Sequence record: NC_061442.1
DNA: 64,000 nucleotides
Direction: 5' to 3' (one strand)
Of the stretch, positions 37,518-46,784 are shown piece after piece. Position numbers and translations under genes: made by a program. How positions within the stretch are numbered: position 1 is the first letter of the stretch; the number at the start of each line of letters is the position of its first letter. Under the pieces are notes generated by a model. The model saw only the letters and a list, made by a program, of their open reading frames with translations. It was not told where the DNA came from and did no database searches.

Positions 37518-39164
37518 ATGTCATTCGATCTTCGTCAAAACTTACTGCTTGTCCGTGACGCTACTCTGACAGGCAAACCGCTGTTCTATTTCTACAACGC
37601 TATGGGTCGTGAGATGGTACTCACAGGTGACGTGCTACGTGAGATTCTTGAGCGTCAGAAAGAAGGTACGCTCTGCACCAACACTTACTGGGGTTTTGCT
37701 ACTGACCCAACACTGGAAGTTTGGTCGTTCGATGATAACAATGACCTAATGCTTCACCATCGCGTAGGCAAGTCCTGCACCACATTCCTGCCTTACGAAA
37801 TGATTGCAAATGCCCATGACGGATTCAAGCCAATCAACGGCATGTTCATTGAAGACAGCCTGCGCCGTATCATTGCTATTCACCTAAAGGCGACTTGCCG
37901 TGAAGAACAAAAGATTACGTGGTTCGCTGACCTACCTGAGCCTGAGATGCGTAGCATGTTGCTTTCGTTTGGTCTGGGCCCTCTGCGGGTATCGCGTGAA
38001 GACAAAGAAGGTCTGATCAAACTGCATGACCAGTGGCTGGACGACTTCGACGACAAATACAAATATACGCACAACGCAATCGGCCTCGACGCTGACGAGA
38101 AGATTCCTGCTGACTATCGCCCTGAACGTATTCGTGACATTATGAAGCGTATGATGCACAACACCAAGACGCAGAAGATCATGGTTCAGACTCTGAATGA
38201 CCTGTTACGTCAGTGTAGTATCAGGGGCGATATCCCAATGCCTGGCGCCAACTTTAATCTCCAACAGTTGACCTGCTATTACGCAACACACTTAATCTTT
38301 GCGCACGATGCTGATGCGAAGCTACGCAGCCTGATAGATAATCCTCAGTTTGTTGTCAACTTCATCTACGGTTGGTACCCGGACTATTCTTGGATTATGG
38401 TCAATGAGGAAACGTTCGACTATCAACAATCACTGGTACGCGCCGCGCTGATCTCGTTAAAGCGTCATGTGGAGAATGAAATCGGTACGTACAAAATCGT
38501 TCACGGCATGGTTAAGTTCGCAGACGGTTTTGACCCTCATGTACCTGAGAAGGTAGAAATCGAAGAAGAGGACTTCGAAGAGGAAGAGGACCTCGAAGAG
38601 GAAGAGGAAGAAACTGACGATCAAGAGAAAGAAGTCATCGACTACCTGCGTACCAAAAGCGAAGATGAATTACGCAAAGTTGCGACAAGAAAGAAAATGG
38701 CGCGTCCTAATAAGTTGAAGTCTATGGACAAAGAAGAATTGATTGAGCTGTGTGCTGACTACTACGGCACTGAGATGCCTGAAGACTTCGACGAAGAGGA
38801 AGAGGAAGAAGAAAAAGAACAGGAGCGTGTGCGCATCGCCCGCAAGTTCCCCGTAGTGTTGCGTTATGATCGCATAGATTATGACTATGTTCATCGTGCA
38901 TTAGTTAAAATGGGCATACTTAAAAAGAACAAGACCCGCAAGCAGATGGACAAATCGCAGAAGCTGACCGTTGCTCAACAACACGCCGCACTGCTTGTCA
39001 CACTCAAAGAAGCTGTCTTGGACTCAGGTCAGGACGTTCTGTCTAAATTGGACGAAATAACGTTGTACCAGCTGGCCGCCTGCATGACGAAATTGAAAGA
39101 AGGTGATAGCTATCCTCGTGACGCTGCGTACCTGAAAGAACTAATTAAACACGCGGTCAAGTAA
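37518..39164 (+). CDS. Hypothetical protein with acidic tracts and shared helical module
   Basis: GGAG RBS; SEDELRKVATRKKMARPNKLKSMDKEELIELC between E-tracts. Confidence 0.85.
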   Translation: MSFDLRQNLLLVRDATLTGKPLFYFYNAMGREMVLTGDVLREILERQKEGTLCTNTYWGFATDPTLEVWSFDDNNDLMLHHRVGKSCTTFLPYEMIANAHDGFKPINGMFIEDSLRRIIAIHLKATCREEQKITWFADLPEPEMRSMLLSFGLGPLRVSREDKEGLIKLHDQWLDDFDDKYKYTHNAIGLDADEKIPADYRPERIRDIMKRMMHNTKTQKIMVQTLNDLLRQCSIRGDIPMPGANFNLQQLTCYYATHLIFAHDADAKLRSLIDNPQFVVNFIYGWYPDYSWIMVNEETFDYQQSLVRAALISLKRHVENEIGTYKIVHGMVKFADGFDPHVPEKVEIEEEDFEEEEDLEEEEEETDDQEKEVIDYLRTKSEDELRKVATRKKMARPNKLKSMDKEELIELCADYYGTEMPEDFDEEEEEEEKEQERVRIARKFPVVLRYDRIDYDYVHRALVKMGILKKNKTRKQMDKSQKLTVAQQHAALLVTLKEAVLDSGQDVLSKLDEITLYQLAACMTKLKEGDSYPRDAAYLKELIKHAVK

Positions 39165-39203
39165 GACCTGCGTAAACAATACCTAACATTGACGGGAAAT
39201 AAA

Positions 39204-39626
39204 ATGAAATTTGAACAAAACATTCTGGTAGTAAATCGCATTGCTCTTATCATGGACGACGAATTAGTTCAGAAGTGGGGCGAAGCTGCAAATGCAAATC
39301 GTGACGCTACTGCGTATGCGACGGCCATTATTCTTGCCAAACTCCAGCAGAAGATTATAGCCGCAGTTGCTGAGGAGAATCCGGAAGCCTGTGTTCGTCC
39401 TGAGATATTGTGGACAGACTACGGCTCCATCTCCATCAACGGCCTGTTTATCATTGCGTCGGGTGCGGATGCTGAGTTGTTGAATCACGTAGAAGACCAC
39501 GATTACTTGAACCACCTGCACACCATCAAACGTGTTGCTGAGGAGAATGGATTCAAGCTGACGGTTCTCCCTGTGAAGCACCTGTTCCCATTCACCAACA
39601 CTGAAATCCCTGAATCCATGAAGTGA
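39204..39626 (+). CDS. Hypothetical protein
   Basis: GGGA RBS before ATG 39204. Confidence 0.7.
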   Translation: MKFEQNILVVNRIALIMDDELVQKWGEAANANRDATAYATAIILAKLQQKIIAAVAEENPEACVRPEILWTDYGSISINGLFIIASGADAELLNHVEDHDYLNHLHTIKRVAEENGFKLTVLPVKHLFPFTNTEIPESMK

Positions 39627-39634
39627 GGTGCCCT

Positions 39635-39934
39635 ATGTCACACAAACAAATCCTGATGAATGATGTTGCTATCGTCCTAACTATGAGTGAGCGCCGCGCG
39701 TTCCTCGGACCGAAAGCTGACGGCTTTGTGTATCTGCCATCTAAGGATGCTCTCACGAAATTTGAGGCGCATATCAAGAAGTATGGCAATCGTGATGACT
39801 ATGCGTTTATTGACCATCGTGAGCTACATTCTATTAGCTCTGCGGGCATTGTCGCTATTGCTCATGCTGTCGAGTCTGATTCTGAGCAGCCATGGCTGTG
39901 GACGAAAGAAGACTTCCGCGTCAAGCTGTGGTAA
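39635..39934 (+). CDS. Hypothetical protein
   Basis: GAGG RBS before ATG 39635. Confidence 0.7.
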   Translation: MSHKQILMNDVAIVLTMSERRAFLGPKADGFVYLPSKDALTKFEAHIKKYGNRDDYAFIDHRELHSISSAGIVAIAHAVESDSEQPWLWTKEDFRVKLW

Positions 39935-40008
39935 GCATAAAACTGGCTAAAATCGTGGTATCAGTCTGAACCGTCCTATGATATAATAGAAGCGTAGCTT
40001 GTGCTGCG
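39930..40008 (+). promoter_or_regulatory. Class-A phage promoter
   Basis: gtaagcataaaactGGctaaaat; TGaTATAAT at 39979; gcgtagc..gctgcgc hairpin. Confidence 0.85.
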
Positions 40009-40040
40009 CTTTTTTAACATATGTCTGAGGAGACAACAAA

Positions 40041-40505
40041 ATGCTCGAAGAAATCAAACCAACCCCATCCGACTTAGAACTGCAAGACCAGATGGTCGAT
40101 GCGGCCGCCCAGAAGATTATCGAATTGAAACCTGAATGGGTTGACGTTTGTGCCGCAGGTCTGCGCCTGTATCTGTCCGTGTGTGAACAACTTGGTGGTC
40201 CTATTCCTGAATTGCGTTTCGTCCACAACGGCAAGCCATGCCGCATTCAGTTTAACTTGAATGAAGTATCGGAAGGTACCGAGTTCGTAGCAAATGAAAT
40301 CGACAAAGAAAAGCAAATGGCAATTGCCGACGAAATGCTGAAAACTGCCGAAGCATGTCCGAACGGCCACTCGCTGCTGGATATAGCTATTTGCTCTGGT
40401 CGCCTGTTCATGATTGGTTATGACGGCCTTGCAGGTACTCTCGATAAGATCTGCATTCGTTGTAATCAGAAGAACTACACCATGAATCTGGTTAAAGGTG
40501 AATAA
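40041..40505 (+). CDS. Hypothetical protein with C-terminal Zn ribbon
   Basis: GAGGAG RBS; CPNGH...CIRC. Confidence 0.8.
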   Translation: MLEEIKPTPSDLELQDQMVDAAAQKIIELKPEWVDVCAAGLRLYLSVCEQLGGPIPELRFVHNGKPCRIQFNLNEVSEGTEFVANEIDKEKQMAIADEMLKTAEACPNGHSLLDIAICSGRLFMIGYDGLAGTLDKICIRCNQKNYTMNLVKGE

Positions 40506-40506
40506 C

Positions 40507-41166
40507 ATGAAACCTGAATACACTTTACTCAAACGCAGCAAGGTCGATGTTAACCGTTTTGCTTTCGTACATGACGGCAAGATACTAGCTAACTTCACCG
40601 ATGGCCAGTTGTACAGAACATTGGAGAAGCTCGGTCGATCAACATCCTTTAAAGACGTTGATGTGATTTGGAGAGACGGCACTCGCACCGTCGAAGAACT
40701 GCGAGTGACTGAGCACCGCCACTTTGTTCGTTTTGATACTTGCGAGTACGATCATGCAATCTGTCTGATGATGCGGGCGCAAGGTCTGCCTGTCGAACTC
40801 TCTGTTCCTGTAGACGTGCGTAAGCTGTTTGACGAGCACGGCCCGCTTATTACTTCAATCTGTGTACCTTGTGAACTCGCAGATGACCTAAAGCCTGCAC
40901 TTGCGCGTTTCATCCCAGACGAAGATGACGACGAAGATGAAGATGACGACGAGTGGGTTGACTTAGAGGATGATGTAGATGAAGATGACTTCGGATTCCG
41001 CCCAGAAGATTTACGTCCTCAACTGAGTGACTTCGGATATCGTGCCGCGGACTGGGTTGTCACTTTGACTGATGATCAAATCAGCGATGTGCATAGTCTT
41101 GAAGTCGGTATGGACCCAGATATTGAACTGCCTCGTGCTGATGATGCGAAGGAAGAATTTTTCTAA
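40507..41166 (+). CDS. Hypothetical protein with acidic tract
   Basis: AAAGGTG RBS before ATG 40507. Confidence 0.75.
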   Translation: MKPEYTLLKRSKVDVNRFAFVHDGKILANFTDGQLYRTLEKLGRSTSFKDVDVIWRDGTRTVEELRVTEHRHFVRFDTCEYDHAICLMMRAQGLPVELSVPVDVRKLFDEHGPLITSICVPCELADDLKPALARFIPDEDDDEDEDDDEWVDLEDDVDEDDFGFRPEDLRPQLSDFGYRAADWVVTLTDDQISDVHSLEVGMDPDIELPRADDAKEEFF

Positions 41167-41357
41167 TGAAAACGATTAACGAACAGGTCAACGAATTGAA
41201 ACAGCGCGGCGTGCTTATCATCGAAGAACACCAGAAGCATACGCTACCTGATTTGACCTTCACGCTTGATTGTCTGTGTATCACTCATACGAAGCGGGAA
41301 GTAGAGACAACCACGCGCGGCCGCGTTGTTAAGATTCGCCTGACACACATTCACTAA
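41166..41357 (+). CDS. Small hypothetical protein
   Basis: TAATG overlap. Confidence 0.6.
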   Translation: MKTINEQVNELKQRGVLIIEEHQKHTLPDLTFTLDCLCITHTKREVETTTRGRVVKIRLTHIH

Positions 41358-41369
41358 CTTTGTGGTCTT

Positions 41370-41445
41370 GGCCCGCCCGTCCAGAGATGCTCACCCCCAA
41401 TGAGGTGCCTCGCGCAGAGGCATGACGGTCACCGGGTCCTTTTTA
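41370..41445 (+). ncRNA. Candidate multi-stem structured RNA
   Basis: Nested helices ggcccg/cgggtc and ccgtc/gacgg enclosing ctca/tgag and tgcctc/gaggca, followed by a T run. Confidence 0.4.
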
Positions 41446-41499
41446 GAGCGCACTACCCTAGTACGCTGTACAAAGTAAAACAATCAACAGGAGGCTGTT

Positions 41500-41859
41500 A
41501 TGAAGTTCAACGAAGTATCCAAAGAGGCGCAAGTCGCCCTAATGTCAAGTGCCTTGGCTGGCGTAATCGAAGCGTTCACGCGTGAAGATGGAGACGAAGG
41601 TCGCAAGATTCTAGTCTTAGCACTCAAGCAAGTCGGTCTGACTGTAGACGAGTTCGGCGCTCTTATCTCTGACTTGTCTCCAGAAGTTGAGCTTGAAATT
41701 GTCAGTGTTATGGAAGCTGCCGATGCAGAGCCGGACGAAGATGACGACGACGAAGAACCTGCTGACGACGACTCTGATACAGACGCAGACGGCTGGCAGA
41801 ACCTGCATGAAGATCGCGTGTGTCTTGTATGCAACCATGAAAGCTGCATCTGTCACTAA
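41500..41859 (+). CDS. Acidic hypothetical protein
   Basis: AGGAGG RBS; C-terminal CxxC..C.CH. Confidence 0.8.
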   Translation: MKFNEVSKEAQVALMSSALAGVIEAFTREDGDEGRKILVLALKQVGLTVDEFGALISDLSPEVELEIVSVMEAADAEPDEDDDDEEPADDDSDTDADGWQNLHEDRVCLVCNHESCICH

Positions 41860-41915
41860 TCTGCATAAATCTGGACAAAACGACGGTTGTCTCAAATAGC
41901 TGCCTGAACTATACT
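41858..41915 (+). promoter_or_regulatory. Class-A phage promoter
   Basis: aatctgcataaatctGGacaaaac; TATACT at 41910 (37 nt from GG). Confidence 0.75.
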
Positions 41916-41919
41916 ATAT

Positions 41920-42095
41920 AGACAGCGAGACAACGTTCTCTCTGAATGCCTTTGTTATGCTTTAGTCGTGTGTTTTCTATTTTCCCGGGCACACGGCTCT
42001 TTTTAGAGTGACTTCACTGAGGTTGCTTTAAAAAGAGTTCGATACTCTTTGAGCGCGTCGGGCTTTACGCGGTTTCCGCCTTACGTGCTCTCATG
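41920..42095 (+). ncRNA. Long structured 5' leader or candidate ncRNA
   Basis: About 200 nt non-coding, with four or more hairpins including a T-loop-like aagag-TTCGATA-ctctt. Confidence 0.4.
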
Positions 42096-42117
42096 CTAAA
42101 CCGCAAAGGAAATTGAA

Positions 42118-42825
42118 ATGCCTACTACTTCATGTCCTAAGACAGAAGACAAGTTCTCCCGTGCTCGCGCTGCTAAGAACTCTCCTGAGCGTCAGGCCGC
42201 GGCCATCAAGAAAACGCCACGAGGACCTTCCTCGGTTCGCCCTAAATCGACGGCAGATCGTGAGCCTAAGATTCGTGACGAGGAGCGTGTGTACAATCTC
42301 GTACATGCAATTCTGAGCGCGTGGAAAGCTGATGTGGGACATGCTGAAAACACGGCAGCATCTGCTGGTATCATCAAAGTGTCACGTCGTAATATTGAAG
42401 GTGCCCTGCGTGACCTCAAGAATACGCGCTTCACTAAAATCCCGACGCTCATTAACGATATCTTGACAGGCTCCGATATCTGCGCTGAGTTTGGTCGTTG
42501 GGTATACGTCGAGCACGATAGCCCTGATTGGATTTTCGTGCGTCTGCCTGAAAACAGCACACCTGTGATTCGTGCTGATGTAAGCGTAGGTAAAACGGAC
42601 GAAACGGCAACGTCCGTGACGACCTCTAGCGAAGTGCTTCTGGAAGCGTTCGAGGCCAGTGACGACGAAATTGAGATACTCGAATGTAACGATCAGGATA
42701 TTGAAGACCTCGAATCTGCTGGGATGCGCAAGCGTCTGATAGATGCGAAAATCATCAAACCGGAAGCTGCCTCGAAGCTGTCACGCAATGACTTAATGAA
42801 GCTCTGCGCGTACTACAGCGCATAA
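42118..42825 (+). CDS. Hypothetical protein: basic N-terminus, shared helical module at C-terminus
   Basis: AAGGA RBS; DIEDLESAGMRKRLIDAKIIKPEAASKLSRNDLMKLC. Confidence 0.8.
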   Translation: MPTTSCPKTEDKFSRARAAKNSPERQAAAIKKTPRGPSSVRPKSTADREPKIRDEERVYNLVHAILSAWKADVGHAENTAASAGIIKVSRRNIEGALRDLKNTRFTKIPTLINDILTGSDICAEFGRWVYVEHDSPDWIFVRLPENSTPVIRADVSVGKTDETATSVTTSSEVLLEAFEASDDEIEILECNDQDIEDLESAGMRKRLIDAKIIKPEAASKLSRNDLMKLCAYYSA

Positions 42826-42868
42826 GCAATAATAAGCAGGCAGTCTACATGCTGCCTGCTATCTGCGA

Positions 42869-42950
42869 AGTATGCAGAAAACTGGACAAAATCGTGGTTG
42901 TTATCTGACGGCCACCTATGCTATAATAGATTCAGACGCAATAGTGCGTC
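42869..42950 (+). promoter_or_regulatory. Class-A phage promoter
   Basis: gtatgcagaaaactGGacaaaat; TGcTATAAT at 42919; gacgca-atag-tgcgtc hairpin. Confidence 0.85.
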
Positions 42951-42984
42951 GCAAACAAAACACTTATACTGAGGAGTATTAATC

Positions 42985-44604
42985 ATGGCACGTATCGAAA
43001 CTAACACTAACCTGGTTGGCAAAACTATCGTCCTGCTGAACGGCACCAAAGCTAAAATCGAAGATGCAATCGCGTCTGGTTACAAAGTGAAAGGCCAGAC
43101 CAAGCGTATCGCCACTCGCTGCGTTATCAAAGAAGGCGCTCACTTTAAAGAAATCGAGCGCATGAACATGAGCCAGCTGGAAGATACAGGCGAAGGTTAC
43201 GTGAAGCTGAAAGATGCGAAAGCTGCGAAAGCGTCAACCAAGAAACCTTCTGCGAAAGAGAAGGCGCCAAAAGCAGGCAAGAAAGCCGCCCAGCCAGCGA
43301 AAGAAAAAGAACCTAAGGTTCGTCGCAAATCTTCTAAAGAGAAAGAAGACGAATATCAGGACTTGGCTCACGCTATCATCAAAGGTGGTAAACGTGCGGC
43401 GCCTGTTGAAATCGCTGAGATCGACGGCGACCTGACTGACTGCGTTGCTCAACGTCTGGTAGACGTGCTGAATAATAGCGAAGTTGCGAAGCTGTGCGCT
43501 GATAACAAAACGCCGATCGCAAACGCAATTGAAGTGACGTACGGCGCTGAGTTCGCCCCTGAGACCAACGTCATGCAGATCACGCTGAGTCTGCAATACG
43601 CTAAGCCTGTTCAAACGCTGTCACGTCCGACGCTGGAAAACGCAGAAGCTATCGCGTTACGTGCTGAGAAAATGGCGGCGCCTAAGCTGTCGATGAAACT
43701 CAAGAAAGCGATTCGTGAAGCATTCAGCCTCGAAGACGCGAATGACCTTGAGCTTGGAACTGTGTTGCTGTCTGACGGCGCTGAATTTGTTTACTTCGGC
43801 GAATCTGCGAAGCATGTCGGCAAAGCGCTGCTGTATGTTGTAGAGACCGACAAGTTCAAATCTGTGCTGGGCTCTACGCTGGGTGAGTACGAAATCCCAG
43901 ACGCAGAGGAAGAAGAGGAAGAGGAGGAAGAAGTTGAAGACGAATCCGAAGAGGAGGAAGAAGAAGACGGCGAAGAAGAAGACGGCGAAGAAGAAGACGG
44001 CGAAGAAGAAGACGGCGAAGAAGAAGACGGCGAAGAAGAAGACGGCGAAGAAGATTCTGCCGAATACGACTACGTTGCCGTGAACAAAGATCAGCTCGAT
44101 ATGGTCAACAAGAAAGTGACCGCTAAGTATCACGCTGCGCTGGCCGAACGTTTCAACACGACCGAAGAAGTTCTGATTCCGGGTCTGGTACTAACAGACG
44201 GCGAAACAACCTTCGCTTACCTGGGTTGCGATAGCAAAGGCGGTCTGCTGGTAATCGACTGTGGTGATGACGGCGAAGGCGAAGACGTGCTGATGTATAG
44301 CAAGTCTGATATCAAGTCTCTGGATGACTTCAATCCTGTGATGGGCGAAGCTGACGAAGACGGCGAAGAATCAGACGGCGGCGAAGAATCAGACGATGAA
44401 GATCTGGACGAAGAAGACGGCGAAGAAGAAGAAGAAGACGGCGAAGATGACGACTTCGACTTTGACGATGTGCCAGAAGCTGATATCGAAGATCTGACCG
44501 AAGACGAACTGCGTGACCGCGTAGTCGAAGCCGGCCTGACCACTCCGCGTAAAGCTGAGAACATGAATGAAGCTAAACTGCGCAAGCTGCTGAAAAGCGC
44601 ATAA
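42985..44604 (+). CDS. Highly acidic low-complexity protein (539 aa), paralog of 44687 gene
   Basis: GAGGAG RBS; D/E tracts; duplicated G(T/L)VL.DG..F.Y.G domain; C-terminal helical module. Confidence 0.9.
   Translation: MARIETNTNLVGKTIVLLNGTKAKIEDAIASGYKVKGQTKRIATRCVIKEGAHFKEIERMNMSQLEDTGEGYVKLKDAKAAKASTKKPSAKEKAPKAGKKAAQPAKEKEPKVRRKSSKEKEDEYQDLAHAIIKGGKRAAPVEIAEIDGDLTDCVAQRLVDVLNNSEVAKLCADNKTPIANAIEVTYGAEFAPETNVMQITLSLQYAKPVQTLSRPTLENAEAIALRAEKMAAPKLSMKLKKAIREAFSLEDANDLELGTVLLSDGAEFVYFGESAKHVGKALLYVVETDKFKSVLGSTLGEYEIPDAEEEEEEEEEVEDESEEEEEEDGEEEDGEEEDGEEEDGEEEDGEEEDGEEDSAEYDYVAVNKDQLDMVNKKVTAKYHAALAERFNTTEEVLIPGLVLTDGETTFAYLGCDSKGGLLVIDCGDDGEGEDVLMYSKSDIKSLDDFNPVMGEADEDGEESDGGEESDDEDLDEEDGEEEEEDGEDDDFDFDDVPEADIEDLTEDELRDRVVEAGLTTPRKAENMNEAKLRKLLKSA
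43957..44046 (+). repeat. Perfect tandem repeat (GAAGAAGAAGACGGC)x6 encoding (EEEDG)6
   Basis: Six identical 15-nt units. Confidence 0.95.
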
Positions 44605-44686
44605 CGAACTACCGTAACTACGAAATAGTGTGCGGCTCTTACTGGGTCGCATATTTGACAAATAAAGCTGATTGAGGAATCACACT

Positions 44687-45946
44687 ATGTCAAACGCAAA
44701 CAAAATTCTGCTTAACGCTCGTGTACGCCGTTTAGATGGGACCATTACTTACATCAACAAAGTGAACGCTAACGGCTATAGCACCGATGCGAAAGGCCCG
44801 CAGATTCCTGTGAAACGCATTGTGCTTGCAGGCAAAACGCTCAAAGAGATTGAAGCGCCGTTCGAGAGAGGCGAGTATATCATTGTACAGGGCATTGCAG
44901 TGAAACTGAACAAGCGCCAGCAACGTGAACTTGCAGACAAGACGCTGGATGAGAAAGCGCTGCGTCCTGACTTCGGGCGTCTGGCGTTCATTGACCGCGA
45001 CGACGGCAAAGCAACTGACGGTAAGAAAGTGAAGCCGAAAGCTGCGAAGAAAGAAGGCGGGTTGAAAGCGACTCGTAAGCAGAACGGCGATACACGCACA
45101 AAGAAAGAGCGTAAGGCAGAAGCTGCCGCCGCCGCTGAATCGCTCGACACAATCAAGTCAACTCCAGTTGATCGCAAGGGCGAACTGATAGCGACCATCG
45201 ACGCGACCATTGAAGACGCGACAAGCAAAGAGCGCCGTAAGTTGTTGTCTGAATCGTTCGACATGGACTGGAAAGACATTAAGAAGCACGGCGGTAAGGG
45301 TGTCGTTAAACATCTGGGCCGTAAAGCTGCGCAATCTGCCGTAAGCAAAATGCGCGCGACTGTTACGCAGGACGCATTCATTAAGCAGATGCCTGCTGAG
45401 TTGAAGCGCTTGATTCAAGATCGTCGGCTCGTACTGAACAAGCGCCAGATTGAAGCTGTGCTCTCTGCGCTTGGGCTTGATGTGAAGTTCTATAACATCG
45501 CCATGCAGACGTTGCTTGGCAATCTGTCGCTGGCTGTAGACGACACGCTGGCTGACGACAAAGCAGATAAGAAAGTGAAGAAGCTGAAAAAGCATAAAGC
45601 CTCTAAGCCGCAGTATCTGTCAGAGAAAGACCAGCAACGTCGTATGAAGAAAATGAAAGTGAAGCTGCTGGCTCCTACTGAGAAAGGCATGAAGAAAGCC
45701 AAAGCGAAATTGAAGCAGGCGAAAGTTACGCTTGCCGACAAGCTGGGCATCTCGCCGAAAGAAATCAAACGCGGTCTGATTGCATACCGTCCTAACGGCG
45801 TTGATTACATGTTTGTTGCCAGTGATGCTCGCGGCCCAATCTTCATCGACAAAGACGGTGACCCGTGCGTGTATACTTACGAGAATCTCGAATCGACATT
45901 CGACTTCCGTCTGACTCAACCTTCTGAACTGGACGCTACTGTATGA
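44687..45946 (+). CDS. Lys-rich basic protein, paralog of 42985 gene
   Basis: GAGGA RBS before ATG 44687; shares N- and C-terminal domains with the 42985 protein. Confidence 0.85.
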   Translation: MSNANKILLNARVRRLDGTITYINKVNANGYSTDAKGPQIPVKRIVLAGKTLKEIEAPFERGEYIIVQGIAVKLNKRQQRELADKTLDEKALRPDFGRLAFIDRDDGKATDGKKVKPKAAKKEGGLKATRKQNGDTRTKKERKAEAAAAAESLDTIKSTPVDRKGELIATIDATIEDATSKERRKLLSESFDMDWKDIKKHGGKGVVKHLGRKAAQSAVSKMRATVTQDAFIKQMPAELKRLIQDRRLVLNKRQIEAVLSALGLDVKFYNIAMQTLLGNLSLAVDDTLADDKADKKVKKLKKHKASKPQYLSEKDQQRRMKKMKVKLLAPTEKGMKKAKAKLKQAKVTLADKLGISPKEIKRGLIAYRPNGVDYMFVASDARGPIFIDKDGDPCVYTYENLESTFDFRLTQPSELDATV

Positions 45947-46326
45947 CCAACAATGAGATCATCCTGACTGGTGTTTTCGCTCAACTGTATTCGCGGCTAG
46001 TAATGGCCGCTATACAGCGCGTCCATGTATACTACTCTGATCTCGCTCCTGTGGTGTTTGGTGTGCAGTTCACTCGCGTAGGGAAAGCGCAGTACAAAGC
46101 ACTGGAGGCGCTCATTGCCGAGACGATGCGCCTCGATATTCAAAACGGCAGGCCACCACTTGCGGCCTTATACGTGTCACGCGCAAACGACACCAAGAAA
46201 CCTACCCAGTCATTCTTCAATGAGTATCTCAAATTGACTGGCAAATATCTTTCTGACGATGAATGGTTGATGCTCGTTGAACATGTGTGGAAACAATATA
46301 CACCAGACCTTCGGGAGCCATCATGA
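45943..46326 (+). CDS. Putative winged-helix DNA-binding protein
   Basis: LVMAA...VYYSDLA...GRPPLAALYV...P...FF pattern. Confidence 0.6.
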   Translation: MTNNEIILTGVFAQLYSRLVMAAIQRVHVYYSDLAPVVFGVQFTRVGKAQYKALEALIAETMRLDIQNGRPPLAALYVSRANDTKKPTQSFFNEYLKLTGKYLSDDEWLMLVEHVWKQYTPDLREPS

Positions 46327-46784
46327 AAAAGTCAAAAGTTGTAATCAGTCGCGGTGGGTATCGACCCGTCTCGCCGGAAGAGGCCAAGAAGTTGGTTGTT
46401 GAAATGCTGCTTGCTTCAATCGGCGTTAACCCAACGATTATGAGCCAGCAGATGTTGCTGAACATTGCGAACTACAATTACCTCACGTCTATCGCAGACA
46501 CGGGTAAGGCAAATACAGCGAACCAGATAGTTCTACATAAAACTGTAAAAGAACTTAATGCGTTCTGTAGATTGCACAAGATTCCTCTGGGCTTACTAAT
46601 TATGCCCCATACATCGGCGAGCGATTACTCCGGTGACGAGGTTGTAGCGATTCCCTGGGAGTCTGTGCGCAAGAATGCACCGAGCCAGTCCGCTGTCAAC
46701 TCCCTGTTCCAAACAGTCGAAGCTGATGGCTATCCGCAGTTTGTGACTGATGCGAAAACAGTAGAGGACTACAATGTTTTATGA
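46323..46784 (+). CDS. Hypothetical protein
   Basis: GGGAG RBS, ATGA overlap. Confidence 0.75.
   Translation: MKKSKVVISRGGYRPVSPEEAKKLVVEMLLASIGVNPTIMSQQMLLNIANYNYLTSIADTGKANTANQIVLHKTVKELNAFCRLHKIPLGLLIMPHTSASDYSGDEVVAIPWESVRKNAPSQSAVNSLFQTVEADGYPQFVTDAKTVEDYNVL

Noticed and set aside
41984-42060. tRNA gene around the TTCGATA T-loop
   Set aside because: No matching acceptor stem, D-arm or anticodon arm; kept only as a structured-leader candidate. No tRNA or rRNA genes were recognised in the window
43957-44046. CRISPR array
   Set aside because: Contiguous in-frame repeats with no spacers
43883-44083. Alternative + frame encoding (KKKTA)n, a tempting basic counterpart of (EEEDG)n
   Set aside because: Automatic consequence of the 15-nt repeat; no RBS or slippery site seen
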